A stretch of DNA of 63,945 nucleotides, filler included, from Reclinomonas americana ATCC 50394 (lineage: Eukaryota), in NCBI GenBank assembly GCA_048213135.1. It is 9 parts of 5 records of this genome, joined end to end, with 100 filler letters (N's around TTAATTAATTAA, not from the genome) between each part and the next. Parts side by side here need not be neighbours in the genome. Positions count along the whole stretch, not along the records: positions 32,819 to 41,322 come from PS015200.1; positions 41,423 to 46,864 come from PS015200.1; positions 46,965 to 50,801 come from PS015201.1; 6 more parts are not named here. One strand, given 5' to 3'. Made by a program: the position numbers and the translations under genes. The notes under the pieces are model-generated. The model worked only from the letters and a program-made list of their open reading frames with translations. It did not search any database and was not told where the DNA came from. Below, in pieces: positions 34,041 through 47,905 of the stretch; position 1 is the stretch's first letter; every line of letters starts with the position of its first letter.

Positions 34041-35380
34041 ATGTCCTCGCCTCCCCACTCACAACCTGCCGCAGCTCTCAGCGAGCACAAAGGTTCACTT
34101 CCTTGTGAGTCAGTTTCTCACAATCTCTCACTCTTCTCCCTCTCTCGCACACACAGAGCCCGTGACCGTCATCCTCGCACCCCCCTCCTCCACCAACAGC
34201 GACGAGAACACTCCCCCCTGCTCCACCGACACCGACATCAGCCAGTGGTACCACATGGAGCACTCACTGCAGCTCATGTTTGAGGGCGAGACAACTCTCC
34301 GCTGGCCGCAACCTCTGCCCTCGTACTTGGACCCCACCGAGGGCCTCCAACGACACACCACGCCCAACATGCGCTTTGTGTTGGTCGAGTGGATTGTCGA
34401 CTGCTTGCACGAGCTGCAGGCGTCGCCGGAGACCGTGCACCTGGCCGTGCGACTCACCGACTTGGCCTTCTCCTCGGAGCGCGCGGGTCGCGATGTCCCG
34501 CGCAGTCGACTGCAGTTGGTGGGAGCCGCCGCGCTGCTGGTGGCCGTGTTGCGTTGCTCCCACCACGTACATTGTGCCTTTCTACTTCAGTCTCCTCATC
34601 AGGATGAGCAGGAAATTTGAGGAGGCCACTGTGCCGTCGTTGCACGGAGTGGCCGCGCTCACCGACAATGCCTACACGGCGGAGGAGGTACGTCGCGCAC
34701 ACCTCTTCAGCCCCGCCAGTGAGTTGTCTCACCTTTCGTGCCTTGCAGATTGGCAAGCAGGAGTCGCACATGCTGCGTGCGCTCGACTTTCGCTGCTTCT
34801 CGGCCACGGCGGCCACCTTTGCCACCACCTTCTCCAGCTTTGACCGGCGCGCGTTGCGGCGACGTGGCGGGAGCAAGCAGGAGGCTGCTGTGTTGGCACA
34901 GTTTGAGAAGCTGGTGCAAGTTGCGTTGTCACACCACCGGTCCAGACAAGCACTCGTTGGTGACATCCTCCGCGCGCGCAGTACATCCTGGAGGTGTCGC
35001 TCCTCGACGTCGGCGTGCTGCAGTACCAGCCGTCCACCCTCGCCGCGGCCGCTCGAATCCTCGCTCGCCACGCCCTCCGCATGGGAGACGTGTGGGTGCG
35101 TGCGCATCCTATTTTCACACACCTCACTCTCTCTCTCTCTCCCTTACATTCGCAACAGCCAGCCGACGCACCCGAGCGACAGCACTGGACGTCGGTGGAC
35201 CCGCTGGTCGACTGCCTCCGGTGGATGCACCAGCAGTTCCGACAGGCACGCCGCCGCCTGGCCAAGTCGGCCATCCAGCTGTACTACTCACAGACCTCAG
35301 AGGGCTGCGTGGCGCTGTGCCTGCCGCCGCTGGCGCTCCCCGGCCGCGTGCTGGCGGTGATCAACAATCGGAGTGGATAG
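34041..35380 (+). CDS. A/B-type cyclin
   Basis: Cyclin box MRFVLVEWIVD...ETVHLAVRLTD...LQLVGAAALLVAVKFEE...LTDNAYTAEEIGKQESHMLRALDF, plus the C-terminal fold LVQYILEVSLLD...YQPSTLAAAA. Five short introns. Confidence 0.92.
34548..34554 (+). promoter_or_regulatory. Shifted 5' splice site T|GTTGCGT
   Basis: Removing 34548-34611 restores cyclin box ALLVAVKFEE. Confidence 0.85.
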
Positions 35381-35582
35381 CCCGACGCGGAGAAACAAGA
35401 AGGAGATCATGAAAGAAAAGAGACAGAAAGAGAGAGTCACAGTGAACAGTTGCTGTGACCAAAGTGCGGGAAAGGAGAGGGCACGATCGACGAAGAGAGA
35501 GAGAGAGAGAGAGAAAGCAGCGTGCCACAGAGGAAATGAGTGAACAGAACAACCATAATTCATCTATTCCACTTCGGGAAGC

Positions 35583-38137
<2,555 letters not shown>

Positions 38138-39052
38138 GTCTCTGTCTGTAAAGTAGACGTAAAGTAAAAAAAGATGATCATGCAGGACGCTTGCAGTTTT
38201 CTCGACTTGTCTCGGGTTCTGGTCAGCTTTACACCACAACAGGTCGCACTTAGCTCTCGCAGCTGAAGACCCTGCAGGTGCACATGCACAAACGCTGCGT
38301 CGCTTGACTTCGAAGCTCATTTCTCCTTGAATATATGGCCTCACCATCGCGATCGACTCGTGCAGCAAGGAGCTTGCAGTTGCCAGCTGCAGAGGTAATC
38401 CTCAGAAGCACAGTCGCCGGTAAGAATTCTTCCCTCTCCTTTTCTCCTGACCTTTCCTTTGCTCTAGATCTCTTTCCCTTCCATATCCTTTTTCTTCGCA
38501 GCACGTTCTGTCCCTCATGATCCACAGTGCCTCCGACCCAAACTGTTGCCAATGGACATTTTCAGTTCATGCTCACTGCTTTTCTCTTTCTGGCCCGTCT
38601 GCCTGGTCGGCAACCAGTCTCCACTTCTTCTCCGAGGATCAGACCGTAACGCAGCGCTGCAGAACTCCGCAGCTTCATGTATCCTCTGCATGACCTCTCC
38701 TCTCCTCTATCCTCTTTCCTCCCTGTCTCACAACTCCACCCTTCAGCCTTTGCTTCCGTCACCCCTTATCTCCTCCCTTGTCCTCACCTTCTCCTCTCCA
38801 CCTCCTCTATCCTCTTTGCTCCCTTTCCCCTCTCCTCACCTTCCCCTTTCCACCTTTCCCTTTACACCCCCTTCCCCCTTCAACCCCCCTTCCCCACCTT
38901 TCCCTTCTGCCCCCTCCCCCCTTTCCCCTTGCCCACCTTTCCCTTTACACCCCCTTCTCCCCCCTCTCCCTCCTTATATAACATCGTCACTTGTTCATTG
39001 TACACACACCACCTTTAGATTCTAAAGCATTTCTCCTCACTTCTCTCATCGC

Positions 39053-42000
39053 TCATGGTCTGGAGATCGGCGGCATGCCTCCACTGCTGTTGCTGCTGCT
39101 CGCCGTCCTCACCACGTGCTCCTCATACGCCGACTCCTGCATCACGCGCTCCTGTCGCATCGCGCCGACCATCTGCTGCATGTTGCCCAGCTGCACCAGT
39201 GCACCCTGCGCCTGGGCCAGCACCAGCGACGACGGACGGCCAAACTCGTCACCCGAAGTGGAGACGTAGTCGGAGCCAGTGGCCTCGCTGGCGTCCTCCT
39301 GCTGGTGCACCGTCGAAGTGGCCGTCTTCTTGGCCTTCTTCTTGATGATCTTGCGCACAATCTTCCTCTTCTTCTTGGTGACGATTTGCGTCTCGTGACG
39401 CGCTCCACGCGGCGACACCTCGCTAATCGACTGCGTAATCGTCTCGCCCTCCGACACCGAGTCGTCCGAGCCGCCGCCGCCGCCGCCGCCGGCCGCACCA
39501 CCGCTGCCATGAGCACGCTGATCGTACGAGCGGCTGTTGACCATGATGGCGACCTCGGAGTTCTGGCGCGACATTGTGGCCGCCGAGTTGCGTTGTTGTT
39601 GGACGCCGCCCGATTGTGACGAGGAGCGCACCACCGGTTGTGGTGGCGGTGGTCCCGTGTAGAGCGGGCGGGCCGACGATGGTGGTGGCTCCGAGGCCGA
39701 CGACGTGTCAGTCGGCATCGAAACGTGCGTCTCGGTGTGGTCAATGTTGGACGGCTGCGGCGACGCGTTGTGCGAGTTGAAACCGGTGCCGCGTGCGGCC
39801 GAGTCGTCGTCGGACCGATCCGAGTACTGCTGACCGCCAGTGTACTCGTGGCCGGTGCGGTAGCCACCGTCGGACTCGTCGTTCGAGTTGGCGGTGCGGA
39901 ACGAGGCGCGGGTGTGCGCATCCTCGTCCTCCGATGACTGGTAGCGGCTGCCACCGCCACCAGAGCCTGAAGGTGTCATGACGCGCGAGCGGCCGGCCTT
40001 GAAGCCCTCCGCCACCGAGCTCATGCGGCGGCTGTGTGTCGAAGTCGTGGTGGTGGTCACCACGGCCGGGCTGCCACGCTGGGAGGACGAGGCGGCCGAG
40101 AACTGCGGGCTCTGTCCGCGCATCATGGGGCTGCCGCGCACCGGCGAAGCGTTGGCGCTGCCGGCACCGCTAAACTGTTGCATGGCCTTCATCTTGGCCT
40201 CGAACGCGCCCGAGTTGGAGCGGCTGTGCGTCCGTGAGCCCGGCGCGCTGCCAGTGGCCACACGGCCAGCAGTGCCCGTCACCGTTTGCTTCGATTCACC
40301 CTCCAGCCACGGCAGGGAGGCGCTCGAGCTGACGTCGTCGTCGTCGCCGTCGTCGGCGAGGTTGATGTCGGTGGTCTTGCCCTTGACGGCGCGCCACGGG
40401 TTCTTGCCACGCTCGTGCACGAGGATCGAATAATCGGTCTCCTCCCACGGTGCCGGTCCCTCGGCGTACTCCAGCTCCGAGTTGATGAGCACCACCGACG
40501 TCTCGGTCGCGTCCGACGCCAGCGACGGCGTCTTGAACTTGTCCAGATTCGGCATCTCATTCTCCGACTCCTCCACCGTCTCCTCCTCGTCCTCCTTCTT
40601 CTTCTTGCGGCAGCAGCATCCGCAGCAGCACTTGAAGATGGCGCGCAGCACGTGGTAGATCACAAAGATGACCACCGCCAGCACGACGACCACCGCCCAC
40701 AGGCACGTGAAGGTCAGAATGGCCAGCAGGATCTTGGAGCCGAGGCGGCGCGACTCGCGAGCGAGCGTGCGCGGGTTCTCCGACACCACATTCTGAACCG
40801 AGCGCACCTCCGGTCGGTCCTTGGCATCCGGCGGCACCGCACCCTCCAGACGGAAGTCTTGGCCCGGCGGCACACCGAACGAGCGGATCTCAGCGTAGTA
40901 GCTGAAGCGATGGCCAGTGTCTGCGATGCGAAACAGAGAGAAAAGTGAGCAACAAAGATTTTGAACGAGCTCCCTCTCCCTCTCTCATCTCTCTTCTCTC
41001 TGCTCTTCTCTGTCTCTTCTCTGTCCTTTCACTTCCTCTCTATCTCCATCTCCCTTTCNNNNNNNNNNNNNNNNNNNNNNNNNNNNNNCACCCACATCAG
41101 CACGTCGGCCATGTACTTGGCCGAGAAGAAGCGGCTCATCAGGCTCTTGAACGTCATCTGACGGTGCAGCGGAATCTGCAGACCGGTCTTCTCGTCGTTC
41201 CAGAAGCGCCACGTGTTCATGTCGGCCCAGAAGTTGCCGACGTTGTTGGTGGCCTCCGACGCCGTCACCGAGTGGAACAGCGGAATCGTGCGCGGGTTCT
41301 GGAAGATCAGAGCCAGCACCACNNNNNNNNNNNNNNNNNNNNNNNNNNNNNNNNNNNNNNNNNNNNTTAATTAATTAANNNNNNNNNNNNNNNNNNNNNN
41401 NNNNNNNNNNNNNNNNNNNNNNGAGGCCAATCAGCAGCAGCGTCGACCACAGCACCAGCACATTGCCGCCCAGAATCAAATGCGTCAAGCACATGACAAT
41501 GAAGAAGCCAATGATCGTCAAGTGCGACTCGCGGTACCAGGCCTTGATCTGCGCCAAGCGGAAGTGATCCAGACCGAGCGTACGACCCGANNNNNNNNNN
41601 NNNNNNNNNNNNNNNNNNNNNNNNNNNNNNNNNNNNNNNNNNNNNNNNNNNNNNNNNNNNNNNNNNNNNNNNNNNNNNNNNNNNNNNNNNNNNNNNNNNN
41701 NNNNNNNNNNNNNNNNNNNNNNNNNNNNNNNNNNNNNNNNNNNNNNNNNNNNNNNNNNNNNNNNNNNNNNNNNNNNNNNNNNNNNNNNNNNNNNNNNNNN
41801 NNNNNNNNNNNNNNNNNNNNNNNNNNNNNNNNNNNNNNNNNNNNNNNNNNNNNNNNNNNNNNNNNNNNNNNNNNNNNNNNNNNNNNNNNNNNNNNNNNNN
41901 NNNNNNNNNNNNNNNNNNNNNNNNNNNNNNNNNNNNNNNNNNNNNNNNNNNNNNNNNNNNNNNNNNNNNNNNNNNNNNNNNNNNNNNNNNNNNNNNNNNN

Positions 42001-45000
42001 NNNNNNNNNNNNNNNNNNNNNNNNGGCGTGACGCTTGCCCGTGCCCTTCAGGCCAGTGGAGAAGCCGTAGGCGAAGGTGAACATGGTGAACGTCTGGAAC
42101 AACACCATGGGCACGGCGTTGTAGAGGAAGCGCTTGAGGCCGGAGAACGGTCCGAGCTCCATCATGTAGGTGACCATGGCGGGGATGATAAGCGCAATGG
42201 AGATGAAGATGTACCACGGCACGTCAGCGTAATCGGCCAGCACAACGTCGCCAAAGATGCGGTAGTGGAACCAGTTGACGACGGTGAGCATGACGTGGCC
42301 GACCAAGAACACAATGATACCCCACACAATCACATACTGTGACGTGAAGAATCCTGCAACACAAACGACACATCAGTGAGAAACAGGTCCCACTGGCACA
42401 ACTTCTTCTTGTCAACACCATCAAACAAACACTCACACAACTCACATGCTCTCTCTTCCCACCATCTCCACTCGTTTTCCACCTCCACTCACTCCCCCAC
42501 TATCCCACCTCTCCTTCTTCCGTCTGTCTCACTCCCCTCTTCTTCTCTGCCTTCTCCCTCCCCATCTTTCTCCGTCGTCCCCTTCTCCTCCACTCCCCCT
42601 TTCCTATTCCCCTTTTCTTCCTCCCTGTCCCCTCATTCTCCCCCTTTCTCATTCTCCCCTTCTCCCCCTTGCCCCTTTTCCCCTCTCTCCCTCTCCCTCT
42701 TTCCCCCTTACCCCCTTTCCCCCTTTCCCCTCTCGTTTCCCCCCTTTCCCACTTCTGCCCATTTCCTCACCCATGAGACTGTGGTACAGTGACCACCGCT
42801 TGCACAGGCCAACGTGGTTGCTGCGCATGGCGTCGCGGAACATCTGAGTCGTGCCAATCTCTCCGCCACCGGCAGAAATCTTCAGCGAGAAGCGGTTGGT
42901 GGTCGGCAAGCAGCAATCGCGACCCTTGCCGCAGGTGATGTAGTCGGCGTGACCGACGCGCAGGCCAAACAGATGCACCGTCACGNNNNNNNNNNNNNNN
43001 NNNNNCCCTTCGGCGTATCCTCAGACACAAAGTCCGACAGAGACTCGCCGTTGTAGCCGACAAGGTAGTCGTAGGCGATCAGATCGGGCTGACCGTAGTG
43101 AGTGCGCAGGCCAATCATGTCCAGGCCGCGCTGCAGAGTGGCGTTGAACGTGCGCTCGTTGGAGGCAGCGACACTGCCGACCGGCGTCCAGCCGTCAGTA
43201 ATCACATACTGCGAGAAGCCGATAATGGCCAGGCGGCGGTCAATGTTGAACTCCTCGGCCACGCACACCAGCTTCATCTGCTCCTCGGGAGAACCATGCT
43301 GGTTCACATCGACGGCTTGAATCAGCGGGTTGCGCACGTGCAAAAGCATTTGCGACTGGTTGTCACTCTTGCCGTTGCCGAACAAGAAGTCACCCGGAAG
43401 CTGTGAGGAGAAACGAGAAGAGAGAGGAGTGAGCATACAATGGAATGGCACAAACGAACACCCTTGTGCCACTCATCAAACACACACCTTCAGCTTGCGC
43501 TGCAGGAACAGCATAATGTTGCCATTCACACGGCGCACGCGGTAGCGCACCGAGAAGTAGCGAGTGTCGCGACGCAGCACCGTCACCAGGTCGACCGGCA
43601 GGTTGCACATCGTGTCGAGCAGATCGAGCACGTTCTGCTGGTTGACCAGCTGCTGGCCCGACGGGTGCTTCTCCCAGCGAGAACCCTTGATGGTCTCGCC
43701 GAGCTCCTGGAACGACACCACCATCTGGTACTTGTCCTCGGCCACCGCCACCGCACGAGACTTGCTCATGCGCGGGTTCTGGATGCGGCACAGCACCGAC
43801 ATGGCCTTCCACGTGGTGCCGAAGCCGCGAATAGTACGCGACAGCGACTGAATGCGACCGCTCATCCAGCGGCGCAGCGCCTCAAAGTACTTGCGGTCGA
43901 GGTAGAACAGCGAGTCGAACACCTCAGTGTGCTGGTCGTTGTTGAGGTAGCGGAGAATGCCAATGTTCTTGGCCAGCGAGTCGTACACCATCTTGGAGGC
44001 GGCGGTGTTGAGGCGGTGACCGCGGTGGTCGTGGGTCGGCTTGCAACGCGGGTCGTTGACGATCTTGTCCATCTCGTGAGTCTCGGGGTCGTAACGGTGG
44101 ATGCCGAACACCNNNNNNNNNNNNNNNNNNNNNNNNNNNNNNNNNNNNNNNNNNNNNNNNNNNNNNNNNNNNNNNNNNNNNNNNNNNNNNNNNNNNNNNN
44201 NNNNNNNNNNNNNNNNNNNNNNNNNNNNNNNNNNNNNNNNNNNNNNNNNNNNNNNNNNNNNNNNNNNNNNNNNNNNNNNNNNNNNNNNNNNNNNNNNNNN
44301 NNNNNNNNNNNNNNNNNNNNNNNNNNNNNNNNNNNNNNNNNNNNNNNNNNNNNNNNNNNNNNNNNNNNNNNNNNNNNNNNNNNNNNNNNNNNNNNNNNNN
44401 NNNNNNNNNNNNNNNNNNNNNNNNNNNNNNNNNNNNNNNNNNNNNNNNNNNNNNNNNNNNNNNNNNNNNNNNNNNNNNNNNNNNNNNNNNNNNNNNNNNN
44501 NNNNNNNNNNNNNNNNNNNNNNNNNNNNNNNNNNNNNNNNNNNNNNNNNNNNNNNNNNNNNNNNNNNNNNNNNNNNNNNNNNNNNNNNNNNNNNNNNNNN
44601 NNNNNNNNNNNNNNNNNNNNNNNNNNNNNNNNNNNNNNNNNNNNNNNNNNNNNNNNNNNNNNNNNNNNNNNNNNNNNNNNNNNNNNNNNNNNNNNNNNNN
44701 NNNNNNNNNNNNNNNNNNNNNNNNNNNNNNNNNNNNNNNNNNNNNNNNNNNNNNNNNNNNNNNNNNNNNNNNNNNNNNNNNNNNNNNNNNNNNNNNNNNN
44801 NNNNNNNNNNNNNNNNNNNNNNNNNNNNNNNNNNNNGACAGCATGTGACCGAGGGCGCGCTGGTCGCGCGCCGTGCGGGTAGTCTCGTAGTCGAGCAGGA
44901 CGCGCTTGCAGAAGAAGACCCACTCGTCGGGGTTCTTCTTGATGGCATGCGACAGGTCCATCAGATCGCGAGCCTCGCGAGGGAACCAAGCCACAGTTTC

Positions 45001-46741
45001 ACGAGCTGGGTGATGGAGGAGAAGAGAGAAGGGAGAGTGAGTCAACTGTTTTGTGATGTGGTGAACAAAAGAGTGTGTGAAACTCACCAGAGGGGCACAT
45101 GGTGGAGATACCCGGGGACGTCAGCAGGTTGTACATCGGCGGCAGCGACGGGTGCAGCAGACCAGAGATCCACACCGCCAGACGACGGCGCAGCTCGTCA
45201 GAGTAGTCAAACTGCCAGCGCTTCGACTGCAACAGGCGCTTGAACTTGTTGAAGTCCTCGCGCTTGCCGGACAGGTAGTCCTCGTGGGTGCGACCCTCAA
45301 TGCGCAGGCTCTCCATCACCGCGTTGTAGAACTCGGGCGACATGCAGTCGGTCTCGTAGGCATCCTTGATCAGCAGGCGCAGCGTCTTGCAGAAAGCAAC
45401 ACGGCTGCGCTCCTGGTCGGCCACCGGGTCCATGCGCGTAAAGGTGCGGATGAACTGCTGCTCGGCCTTGTCGAGCAGATCAATGATCTCCGACATAGAG
45501 CGGCAGCGGTACACCAACCACGCCTTGCGCATCATGGCAAACAGCGACAGCATGAAGGGCGACGACAGCGATCCAATGAGCGTCGAACCGACGACACTCA
45601 TAAGCGCTTGAGTGACTGTTGAGGGGAGGGAGCAGAGTGAGCACACAAGTGGAGAAATGTGGGTGGGCAAGAGTGCAGTTGTGGGTTACGCAACAGACGA
45701 ACATGACCTGGCCAGCAATGGGCAGGTCACCGTACTGGCGAATGTTCTCACGAATGGGCTGGAGCAACACGACGACGTCGAGGAACATGGTCAGAGTCAT
45801 CGTCAGAGTGACGAAGCACAGACGACGGCCCATGGCGAGCATGTTCTCGGCATCGAACACGTGGTTGACTTCATCCTCGCAACGCACACGTTGCTGCACA
45901 CAAGCACACAAAAGTCAGAACCAGAGCAAACGATGAAAGTGGAGAACTGCAAGCAATAACGCACCATCGGGTGAGGAGCACGAGTCCAAAAGTGGCCAAG
46001 CAGCTCCATGACGATGACAAGGATACGGCCAAGCACGAACAACGCCGCGTAGATGATGACGGAGATTTCGCCACCCCACACGACGCGAATCTCGACAATC
46101 GTCAACAGCAGACCAATCCACAGCACCGGTGCGGCATTGAGCGCAAACGTCCAGAGGCCGTACAGCTGATTCGTCGTCACACGGTGTGTGCGATACGTCT
46201 TCAGCGCCTCGTACTTCTTGCCGCAGTCGGCAATCCACTCGTCGACCACGCTCTGCTCCAGCTTCTGCACAGCCTGGCGACGGCGGCCGCGCACGTGATC
46301 CGGGTGCGACACAGTCGGGTATCGCACAGAGTCGATCTCGAGCGGGCGCAGGTGGAAGATGCGAGCAAACGGCGTCGACGGTGTGTCGCTCTCCGGCTCC
46401 TCGAATGAACGAGTGCCGCCATTGTCGATGACGCGGCGGTAGAAGTGCGGGTTCAGCGACATGTTGGAGAAGTCGCCCATGTTGGGGAAGAAGTCGGGAG
46501 CCACCGGATCCATGCCGCGCACGGCCATGACCTTCTTGACCAGCTTGACGTGCTCCAGCACCGCAATGACGCACCGGAAGTTGTCGCGGATACGCGCCAG
46601 ATTCTTCGGGTCGCGACGAGCGGCGAGGAACACCAAGCGAGTGTAGTCGTGGCCAGAGTTTTGCAGAGCGCCGCACTCCATCCACACCGAGAAGTACAGC
46701 AGCAGATCCTTGATCATGTCGGCAGGCGAGAAGGCCCAGCC
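39053..46741 (-). CDS. Divergent GT48 1,3-beta-glucan (callose) synthase, FKS-like; 5'-partial and gapped
   Basis: Motifs LPGDFLFGNGKSDNQ...IQAVDVNQ...EEQMKL, RTHYGQPD, VSED and YITCGKGRD...KISAGGGE, with multiple hydrophobic TM segments on both sides. Ends in a long low-complexity tail. Confidence 0.9.
41367..41378. other. Artificial spacer core TTAATTAATTAA
   Basis: Flanked by N runs. Confidence 0.98.
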
Positions 46742-46908
46742 CTGGGTTGCGGAGGAGGAAGCACAAGAGTGAGCGAAATGTGTTGAAGATGATGAAGAAA
46801 CGAGAGCACAACAAACAAACCTTGCGAATGACAAGAGTGTCGCGAGAGCCGCAGCACGAAAACANNNNNNNNNNNNNNNNNNNNNNNNNNNNNNNNNNNN
46901 NNNNNNNN

Positions 46909-46920
46909 TTAATTAATTAA
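46909..46920. other. Artificial spacer core TTAATTAATTAA
   Basis: Flanked by N runs. Confidence 0.98.
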
Positions 46921-47905
46921 NNNNNNNNNNNNNNNNNNNNNNNNNNNNNNNNNNNNNNNNNNNNACCAGTCTCACTCAGTCTCTCTCACTCTTTCCCTCA
47001 CTCAGTCTCTCTCACTCTCTCACTCACTGCTCTCTTACTTGCCCAGTCTCGCACTCGCTCAGTCGCTGTTTCCGTCACTCAGTCTCTCTCCTCCCTCACT
47101 CAGTTGCTCTCTCCCTTGCTCGGTCTCACTCTCGCTCAGTCGCTTCTCAGTTGCTTTCTCACTGGTTCAGTCGCGCTCTGACCTGCTCAGTCTCGCTTCT
47201 CTTTCTCTCGCTCAGTCGCTGCGCTCTTTCTGAGAGAACAGACTGAGCGAGGGAGTGACAGTATGAAGGAAAGAGCGTCAGAGCAAGTGCTTTTGAGCAA
47301 GCAAGAGAGCAGCTTCTCGAGTGAGAGTGACTGGGAGAAAGCGATTAGTGACCGAGTCCTTGTTGTTCACTTGCTCTGTCGCTCTCTGACTCACTCAGTC
47401 TCTCAGTCTCTCACCTGCTCAGTCGTTTCTCAGTCTCCCGCTCAGTCACATTCTCTGTCGCTCTCTCACTCGTTCACTCGCGCTCTCCCTCACTCGTTCA
47501 CTCGTACTCACTCTCACTCCGACTCATCGAGTGAGAGCGCGATTGAGTGAGTGACGGAGCGAGACGAGCCGAGAAGATAAGAGAAGATAAGAGGGGAGAA
47601 GAGGAGAGAAGAGGAGAGAAGGTAAGAGAAAAATAGAGAAGTAGAGAGGAGGAGAGAAGAGAATGACTCTATCTCAGTCGCACCGTCTTTTTCTCACTCG
47701 CTCACACGCTGTCTCGCTCGCTCTGCCTCTTTCTCACTCGCTCACTCACTCGCCCTCGTTCAGTCGCGCACTCTCACTCTTTCACTCCGTCGCTCAGGTG
47801 CACTCTTCCTCGTTCAGTTCTTCGCTTTCTGTCTGTGTCGCGCCCTCTATCGTTCAGTCGCTCTTTCACTCCGTGGCTTCTCATCGCTCCTTCTCCTCTT
47901 CACAG

